DNA of 57,562 nt, the filler included, from Sphacelaria rigidula (lineage: Eukaryota), in the NCBI GenBank assembly GCA_964200075.2. It is 7 parts of 7 records of this genome, joined end to end, with 100 filler letters (N's around TTAATTAATTAA, not from the genome) between each part and the next. Parts side by side here need not be neighbours in the genome. Positions count along the whole stretch, not along the records: positions 41,190 to 49,326 come from CAXNAA020012161.1; positions 49,427 to 57,562 come from CAXNAA020012162.1; 5 more parts are not named here. One strand, given 5' to 3'. Shown one piece after another: positions 49,274 through 57,562 of the stretch (the stretch's first letter is position 1; every line of letters begins with the position of its first letter). A model generated the notes under the pieces. That model searched no databases, was not told the origin of the DNA, and was given only the letters and a program-made list of their open reading frames with translations. The position numbers were made by a program, and so were the translations under genes.

Positions 49274-49549
49274 CGCCCTCCTCCCCCTTCCCCCCCCAAA
49301 TCTGCCCCCCCCCCCCCCCCTCCCCCNNNNNNNNNNNNNNNNNNNNNNNNNNNNNNNNNNNNNNNNNNNNTTAATTAATTAANNNNNNNNNNNNNNNNNN
49401 NNNNNNNNNNNNNNNNNNNNNNNNNNTGTGCCCCAGGTTGGAAGTCCCCCCCCACCCGAACACAATGCACCCCGGGCCGAGGAAGAAAACGAGAGCCAGC
49501 GCGAATGGCAGCTGACGAGACATCCCTGCGCCCATAGGTGCAGTAGTAC

Positions 49550-50038
49550 GCAAGAATTAGAAGAAAAAAACAGCTTGTTACCTTTTTTTCGTGTTTTCAG
49601 TGGAGTTTTGAGGGAAAATGAACATTGCTCTCAGGCCTCACCTCAATGTTTTAGCCCGATTTTTAGAATTGTGAATTGAAACTTAGCATGATGAAATACT
49701 GTTCCGAATTTCTGCCGACCCAGTTTTCAAAAGGCAAATGCGTCGGCCAACATCTAGAGGTGGAGCGTAAAAATTGATATAGACAATGCATAGGGCATAA
49801 AATAAAATAAATGCCGGTACCAAAAGGTTTCCTGTTTTTTTCATGAGGTAGGGGCAATAATCAGTTTTCAGATATCAGTAAAATGCCCCATACTCGTTAA
49901 AAAGAAACTTTTGGTACCGACGTAATTTTTTTATGCCCCATGCATCATCCATACCAAATTTCACGCTCCAACTCTCAACATTGGACGGCACATGGGCCCG
50001 CAAACTTCAAATCCGCCTCCAGGCTGGCCCAGCTCCTG
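49550..50038 (+). mobile_element. Partial copy (right half) of the TIR element at 6757-7952
   Basis: Shared ttttagaattgtga, ggggcaat.atcagtttt.agat.tcagtaaaatg hairpin centre and right TIR aggctggcccagctc. Confidence 0.7.
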
Positions 50039-50039
50039 G

Positions 50040-50234
50040 GAAGTTTCCGAAAACGCTTCTTCGTCATTTCAGAGTGCAAATATCTCAGGATCAGAGTGCA
50101 GAATGAGGCAAAAACTCATCGAAAAAAGTTGAGGAGATACCACATTTGACGGAAGGGTAAATAATTTTTCGCAACACTCTGATCCTGCGATATTTGCACT
50201 CTGGAATGACAAAAAAGCGTTTTCCGAAACTTCA
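50040..50234. mobile_element. MITE with ~55-bp TIRs
   Basis: gaagtttccgaaaacgctt...cagagtgcaaatatctcaggatcagagtg / cactctgatcctgcgatatttgcactctg...aagcgttttccgaaacttc. Confidence 0.75.
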
Positions 50235-50291
50235 TTGACGTTTGTTTCGTATCAAACAAGATTTGATTTTTTTCTTCACAACGCAACGCAG

Positions 50292-51272
50292 AGACAGGAT
50301 CCCCCCTCAATTCGAAAAGGTAACCACACTTCCGACATGCAATACACCATGTACTTCGGAAAAAAATGGGTTCCTCACTAATCACTTTTGGAGGTTAACT
50401 TGCAGAGGCGAACCGCACCGGTGGTGATCATGTTTGCTGCACGCTTATTTCATGTTCATGAAAGAATTCACGATCCCTAATGAGAAAAGCACATACTTTT
50501 TCAGCAAATACTTTGTGGCATGTCGGGGGACTTTCATGGCATTGGCACGGAGCGAGGATGAAGGATTCATAGATACCCTCATGTAAGCAAGGCGTTCTTA
50601 TTAAAATTGGCGAGTGGTGAGGTAAAACAATGGAAGGGCCTTGAGGCGAAAGACAGCGCGCCTCCGTCCGGGGATATACACGTTTATTTTGACGTTATTT
50701 GACCACGGATGCCCACACGACCTACACATCGAACCTTCTTGGGACAAAACGCCGAGTGAGCCAACGCCTCGCGCTCCCGAACGCTTTGCCTCTCCCACGT
50801 CGGCCCTTCTTTGATCACACGTCATCACCCGCTGGACGTTACCGCTGCACCTCGTTAAATTTCTTACAAACTACTCTGCCGTGTTCACCTAGAGCTCAGC
50901 TCTCCTCTGCCGCGGCCGAACGAAATTTCCACCGTGGCGGTACGTGGGTCTTGGTGTCCTACGCACAACACGAAACACGGTTGATTTATCTTTGTACCCA
51001 GCGCCCATTTCGCCAATTAGATTTTTCCTTCCGACTCCCCCCCCCGAGTGCGCGCCCCTCTTCGCTCCCGGCAACAGAGCGGGTCAATTCGCCAAGGTAC
51101 GATACAGTACAGTCAATAGTTGGTGGCAAGGCGCTGGGGAAAAGGGGCGTGGCCAAACCGCACTCAATGACCGTAACCTGACTTGTTGCCAGGCCCGCCC
51201 TTGGCTAGTATATTCGGTTGCGCCGTGTGTAGGCTACATCTGAAGAGGAATCAGCAACGCGCCGTGGAACTG
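50292..51272 (+). CDS. Possible run of micro-exons of an unidentified gene converging on the G-beta 3' end
   Basis: AG/GT-bounded short segments at 50292-50319, 50893-50939, 51078-51096 and from 51193. Frame ambiguous and no recognisable domain. Confidence 0.25.
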
Positions 51273-53001
51273 GTAACACCGGACGTTCATTTGACCCCCG
51301 CTCTCTCCGAGGGACTGTCTTGTCTGTTTCTCGGCTGTTCTAAATAAACTTGCTCTTGTTATATCATCGTGTTGCTGATTCGCACATTAACACACTACAC
51401 ACAGAAACACCCACACGCTCCACACGCCCACACCCACGCACACACACATAAACAACACACACACCCTTGCCATGCATGCTTTGCTTTGCCTTCCACCTCG
51501 AAAAAACAACAAAGAAAAAAAACAGAACGACAACGAAACGTCGAGCACTACCAAAAATTGCACCTCATTAAAGTCAGTAAACTAGCTAGGGCCAACGCAA
51601 GCGGAAGTTTGACGAAGCGACAGTTTGCACTCGACATACTGTACTCGTCGGGTCAGAAAAAAAGCATGACACGACCGCTGGTCCCCCAACAGGAGAAACA
51701 TGAGCGTGGGCAAGCAAAATGAAAGCTCCTCTCCCCCGAATCTTACCCGACAAGTCAACTTAGTATCTGCATGACTCGAGGCAACGTCCTCGCTCCCACA
51801 TCATAAAAGAGCTTTCTGGACATGCGTGTATTGCTCCCTCTCTGAATCAAAACCTGCCCCCGATATCCATACACAGATCCGACACAAACAAGTTTTCCGT
51901 CCCGCCAGTTGTACCAAAATACGTTTGACCATGACTACGCAGTACGTCACTGCACTGGCACCGAACACACTAGTCCTCACCCAGCGAGGCTCTCCATCGA
52001 TTTTCTGGCAATTCCGCGTGTGTTTTTCGCCGTTGGGAGTGGGTGGGCAGCAGCTCGCGTGTGATGGAAGCTAGAACAGCTCCAAGACACAATGGAGTAC
52101 GATGCCCGTGCGTTGTCTTAATTTACAAGAATGGCTTGGAAAGCGACAAAAATTGAAAAAAAACACCAACCATGCTTTGCAAACCCCCGCTACCCTCAAT
52201 TCCAACCGCGTGCGAGAGGAAAGGGCGGGGGTGGAAAGGAGGGGGGGTAGGGAGGGGGGGGGGGGAAAGCTCAGTATCTTCATCTTGAGCAATTCGAAGC
52301 ACCTGCAACCGCCGGTCATTTCACATCGTACATGTTCTCGAAAAGAAAGAGAAGCCCACTGCTGAAAGAGCAGGGAGCATTGCAGCGCACACCGCCACCT
52401 CAACCGAACAAAACAAGAAAAAACGGCAAGAGAAGAACAAATGGGGGCGACGGATTTTTTTCTCCCTCTTTCTCCCTTAAAATGTTGTGCTCGGTCGCTT
52501 CTTTTCTAAAACGAAAAAATCCTCTGGAGGAAACAAGGAGCGGCCGCCGCCCAGATAAAATCCCGCACTGTCTGGCGGGCATTAGCGGCAAAAATATTCG
52601 ACAGCGGCCCCATGCCCGCTAAATACGACGGCGGGGGTGTGCCCCTATGGCCACGGTTTCCCATGTTGTTATCGCTACATATAAAATAGTTATAACCCTA
52701 GAGCTTCACTACTCACGGTCCTCAACGGAAGGGGCCACCCGTTGAGGGTAACACAGCTCTTCGTTCCCCGAGCCGAATTTCCCTCGAAATCAAACTCTTA
52801 TACTCCCCGGCCGCCTTCGAGTCTGGACTTTCCGGACAACCCTCACGTCGCGTTGAACTCCGTTCCGTCGCCAAACAAGAGAGAGAGCAAGAAAATGAAA
52901 AAAAGAATTAACATGTAAAAAAAAAAACGGCCGTCCTTCCTTTTGCTGTGTGTGGGTATGCATCCCAAACCACGCATCCCCTCGAGCCGCCCCCGCCTCT
53001 C

Positions 53002-56000
53002 TCATGCCCAGATCTTCAGGAGTGTGTCCCATGAACCCGTGCACAGGGCTTCGCCCTTTGGGTTGACACCCAAGCACGACACGCGGTTCTGAGGTGTTTT
53101 GGGAGAGGGGACAAAAAAAAACACAGCAACAGATGAACGGGGGACGGTTTACGATAAAATGATGACCACCATCGACTCACGGGATCGAAGCTAGGGTACC
53201 AGATGAAACCGGGTGGGCCTACATGTGAACCATCTTAGGTAACGACAAGCTGGGCGCGTGCGCCAAGCCCATTTTAGTGTCGACGAGGGAGGGGAAGTAT
53301 TCATGCACCAACCCCGTAATCCGCGTGTTTCGCTGATGTGTGAGAAACATAGATAGCAGTGCTAGCTGACTTCACCGCTTCCTTCTTTTCAACACCCCAT
53401 TGCAATAGGCGGGATGCATCAAGTAGCCACAACAAATTTCACTGGTGGCCTCAGTCATTCGAGTAAACAAGCCAATCATCCATTTCCCCAACCAACCCCA
53501 CTTCGCAATACCCCACAAATTTTACTGATGGCGTTCGGAGAAGTTTCCGTTCGGAGCATTACTACGCCCGACCCCAACTCCGACCCCATTTGAGCGATGA
53601 TCACCTCGTGTCCGGCGAGCTGGTAGGCTGGGATGCCCGTGCTGTTGGTCACGTCCCACACATAGCAGTTATAATCATCGTACCCCGCGAATAACAGGCG
53701 GCCACTCCGCGAGAACGCCACCGAGGTGATGCCACACAGGATCTTTTTTCACAAGTTGTCGTATCGTCATGAATATGGTATCCATCCCAAGCCGTGTCCA
53801 CCGATGTGTTTTTCAACGTTCCACCCAGCGGAATATGCAGCAACGAACGAAAAGCACAACAGAAAACGAGTTAGAACGACGGTTTTCGACTTCATGAGTT
53901 TCCCACGTGCTCTTGCTTTATGCTTCGTAAGGACATTGATTGACTGATTTTCGCTCATCGCGGTAATTGATCCCCGAGATATATAGCGACCCAACCGTGG
54001 TAATTATCCGCAAGATAGGCGTACCCAAGGTAAGCAAAAACGGGAACGACCGCTGTAGAAAATAAAAGAGAAGAAAACAAAAAGATAAAACAGACGGCGT
54101 GAATTGAAAAACAAAACAATGAAGAAGCAGAAAAAGACAGAGATGAACGGGGAAGAGATGAAACAAACAAACGTACACGCAGGATTTTATCCGGAAATTC
54201 TCGTACGTCATTTTCCAAGAGTGCATACAACGCGGACAAGCTACGCGATTACAGAGTGCGCGTATCGTCATGGTCACTGGAGAAAAAACAAGTAACATGT
54301 TGATGACGGGGGGACGAAAATGTATACCTTATCATTCCCGAAATAGTTTGCCTCGCCATAGCAACGCATGTCAAACAAGCGGCAGCTCGAATCGTCCGAT
54401 CCGGTTCCGAACGCCTGAAGACGAAAAGCAAGCAAGGAAGCACAAGGATCAAAAACGGGTTACAACAAACACACGTGTTATCGTCAAAAGCAGCAATACT
54501 GCGTACGCATCGCTCCTCGTCGTTAACATCCACGGTCTTCATGGTCCTCACCAACGCCGTTTTTTTCATCAACGCCCCGTCACCACTCCTTCATCACCAC
54601 ATCCTACATCATCCTTCACACCCGGTACATTCTACACTATCCTCAAAATTGCGCTCCGCTCCCAGCGGCATGGATCATTTCCACAATCGCTACTTGGACT
54701 CCATCAGTCACCTTTCCGTCTGGGAAGAACATAACCGAGTTGATATCACTCTCGTGGCCCTGGAAAGTTTGCACGCACTTCCCCTCGCGGATGTCCCACA
54801 CCTTCGCCAACGAATCGCACGACCCAGAAACGAATACGTTCTTATCCACAGCAGGCAGGATCGACACAGACATCACGTCTCCCCCGTGGTCTGTAAAGTG
54901 CGCCTGATCAAGGCATACACATGACACGCATCAAGGGGGGAGGAGGACGGAGCGGGACATGCTGGGTCAGACACGGCCACCAAAGCAAAAAACAACGATG
55001 ACACAGATTGGAGGATTAGATCAAAATAATGCTGAAAGAACCAAAGCGAACAACCCGTACACCTACAGAGAGCACTCGCAGCACCCACCGATAGCCTGCT
55101 TACAATACTAGCCCAACGCTACTCTGCGATCATCCGACTGACATGAGCCAAGTGAAGCTGTGATGCACATTCGCATCCAATGATCGAGCTGAGAAATATG
55201 CCAAAAGTCGATGTCGTTGACGGACAAAACACACACACAAACACACGATCAAGGTGTTTCCAACATGAAGCAAAGCACCACAAATTCCGAGCTATAACTT
55301 TTGCTCAACAGCCCACAATCATCAATATCGAAAAAGTAGTCCTCACCTGTGGAGGCGGAAAAAAGCAAAACATGAGGGTCAATATTGTCTTTCCCTTGCT
55401 CAAAAAAATAAATCAAATGACCAACCATCCCCAAATGACCAACCATCCATCCAATTAATTAATTAATTAATTAATTAATTAAATTTATTTATATATATAT
55501 ATATATCTTATCTAAATAGAATACAACACGCTGATAACAGGAGAATAAAGCTTACCGTCGTCACGCCCATCTCCACATCCCAGATGATGCATGTACTGTC
55601 GCCAGAAGACGTCAGGATGGACTCCTGGTTTACGAACCTACAGCAAGACAAGTAGCCGTCATGCGCTGCCAGCTCGCGCGTCGCACGCATTACCGTCGAT
55701 TGACCGAGCTCGTATATTGAGCACAAATTGTCGAGCCCTCCGCAAGCCACGAATCGTCCCTGGCAAAAACCCCAAACAACGACAAAAAACGAGCATAAAA
55801 GACGTGACAATGGTGAGAAATAATCGCCAATATCGCGACCAATCATTCATAGCACTACGATCCGCCGGTCGAAGCTGGAAATTGTTATCTCGAAACCGCC
55901 CAAAATCTTCTCACCAACCGGAGCTGCCATGGTCTTGCATTGCTAGGCACGGACGGTGCAAAAGACACGCCTTTACATTGCTGTGTCATCTTGTAGGTAG

Positions 56001-56641
56001 TGATCGGAGAGCTGTACGTGAACATCTCGTGCAGTGATTGAGCCGACTCTCATCAACTCGCTGTCTCCGTCAGTAGCAACAGCGTCAAAGTAATCAACGC
56101 GCACAAGGAAATACCATGTGTCACTGTGTCATACTCAAGTAGTCGCAAACGACGACGACAGCGTGAGGCGATTGGTCTGAGTGATGGATTGATTGTCGTG
56201 CTTTAACTGACCCCCCAGGGGTCCAGCCGCGGTCACATGATTGACTTACTCAAGACAAGACAAGACTGAAACACTCGCTGAAGAAAAAGAAGGGACAGAA
56301 AAAAGTCAAACAGAACGACGTAGCAGACGAAGACATGAAAACAAGTCAACAAAAGCAGAGCACAGAAAGGAATGGCCGATATCAAACCAAAAGGAGGCGA
56401 ACGGCCTTGAAGAACAACTATGAATAAAGCATGATATGATCACACGACATCGTTCACTTCGGCAACGAGATACTGTCTTCTACAAGACATCGCAAGGAAG
56501 TCATCGTTTGTGCTGCCTTGCTCTCGCGTGTCAAGTCACCTGTGTGGGCTCGTAAGCACAAGTCATAACCCAGGATGACCGTAGCGGGATCGCCTGCACT
56601 TTGTTGGTGCTGTATCCATTCCAGATAATTAATTTTCCATC
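53002..56641 (-). CDS. GNB1: Heterotrimeric G-protein beta subunit (WD40); last 6 exons, 5'-partial
   Basis: Exons: 56641-56540 (DGKLIIWN...[17 protein letters not shown]), 55759-55556 ([16 protein letters not shown]...[10 protein letters not shown]...[12 protein letters not shown]), 54903-54712 (HGGDVMSVS...SGSCD..AKVWDIR...[15 protein letters not shown]), 54414-54328 ([17 protein letters not shown]...NDK), 53742-53605 ([28 protein letters not shown]...LAGHE) and 53088-53002 (NRVSCLGV...[13 protein letters not shown]). Unmistakable G-beta signatures. Confidence 0.97.
55453..55506. repeat. (TTAA)n / (AT)n microsatellite in a G-beta intron
   Basis: Directly visible and not flanked by Ns. Confidence 0.85.
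56180..56420 (-). mobile_element. 3' UTR and tail of the RTE-like LINE inside a G-beta intron
   Basis: Reverse complement of the 39950-40200 UTR (aagtcaac...cacagaaag.aatggccga) and tail (gacccccc.ggggtccagccg.ggtc.catga). Confidence 0.75.
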
Positions 56642-57562
56642 CTGGCGATCGTGAAAAACACGCGCGCACACACGAAAACACAATGGCAACGGCAACGACG
56701 AAACCGAAACAGGAGCCGGGTTGGGCATGGGTAAAGACAGTAGAGCGAACGCAACACGCGAAACTGCCGATGAACCTGGACGTATCGTCTACACAGGTGT
56801 TTCTCTTCTTTCGTTCCTTCTTTAGATTCTAGAAGCGCACTTTCACTTCCAAGTCTCCGAAATATTACTCGTCATCTCGGAGTGGTGTGGGGCACGAAAG
56901 TATCCGATAACGTTTGGCTTATGGATGACTGCCAGCGACATCCAACGTCTACAAGGTGAACGTTAGGGATAGCTGAGGCCGGCAATTGTGTTCTTCGTGT
57001 AAAAGGGTCGACGCCACCGGCGTTTATGGCCCAACGCGCCGTCTCTCGATGAACAAACCAACGACTCTGCAGGAAGCGCAGTTGGGGTGCGGAGGTTTTT
57101 CAACCAGTGATCGCATTCGATCGACGATTTCCCGCGAGATATTTCACCCACCCACCCACATGGTCGTAAGCAGCAGTTGAACGGGGTGCATTCAATTTCA
57201 AAAACACGTGGGTCTCTCAGCGCGTTTTACCCAGAAAGGTATAATACCGCCCCCAAGCCCTTCCATCCAATGCGGCTTTCCTAAATTCTGTCCATGTCGG
57301 CCTAGAGCGCATGCCCCAGCGCTCCTATTGTCCTAAATCCCTCAACACCCCGCAGTGTGGCCACAAATCAATCAGTTTAAGGGTTCACGGGTAGGACAAA
57401 TCATCACGACTCAAAATAACCAAATTCACGATTTCCTTGGCCTGATAGTCCAAAAGGGAGAAAAAAATTGATCGCTGGTCCAAGGGGTATCTACGCACCT
57501 TTTTCGCCATTCCACGTGTCAGGGCTGCGTGTACCTGGGTTGCAACGCGGAAATAAAGCCGA

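Noticed and set aside
49118..49326. Poly-proline ORFs (also 16421-16688)
   Set aside because: Low-quality C/G homopolymer runs at contig ends.
720..56641. Functional cluster of adaptor protein, DGAT2 and G-beta
   Set aside because: The genes are on separate, size-sorted contigs.

Overview
Eukaryotic, repeat-rich, intron-rich DNA. The splice style and repeat content suggest a stramenopile, probably a brown alga (inference). The window is not one locus: it is seven contigs of 8138, 8138, 8138, 8138, 8137, 8137 and 8136 bp joined by identical 100-nt spacers (N44-TTAATTAATTAA-N44), so adjacency across spacers means nothing. Three partial spliced genes are well supported, all on the minus strand. 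The first is a large acidic, disordered protein with many W/F-G-D/E-F-type adaptor-binding motifs (aftiphilin/gamma-synergin-like, 720-6382). The second is a DGAT2/MOGAT-family acyltransferase (4 exons, 8785-14305, with one GC-AG intron). The third is a heterotrimeric G-protein beta subunit (last 6 exons, 53002-56641). The rest is mostly mobile DNA: P-like, hAT-like, Tc1/mariner-like, piggyBac-like and Sola-like MITEs, LINE fragments, a dead Gypsy pol fragment and microsatellites. Two items are the least explained. One is a pair of diverged, decayed copies of a long, apparently intronless, Cys-rich membrane-protein gene (about 17300-20170 and 28380-31900), possibly of viral or env-like origin. 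The other is a 445-bp TGT...ACA element with a 5-bp TSD whose two ends are 78-bp self-palindromes overlapping a tRNA-like A/B-box promoter (26143-26587).
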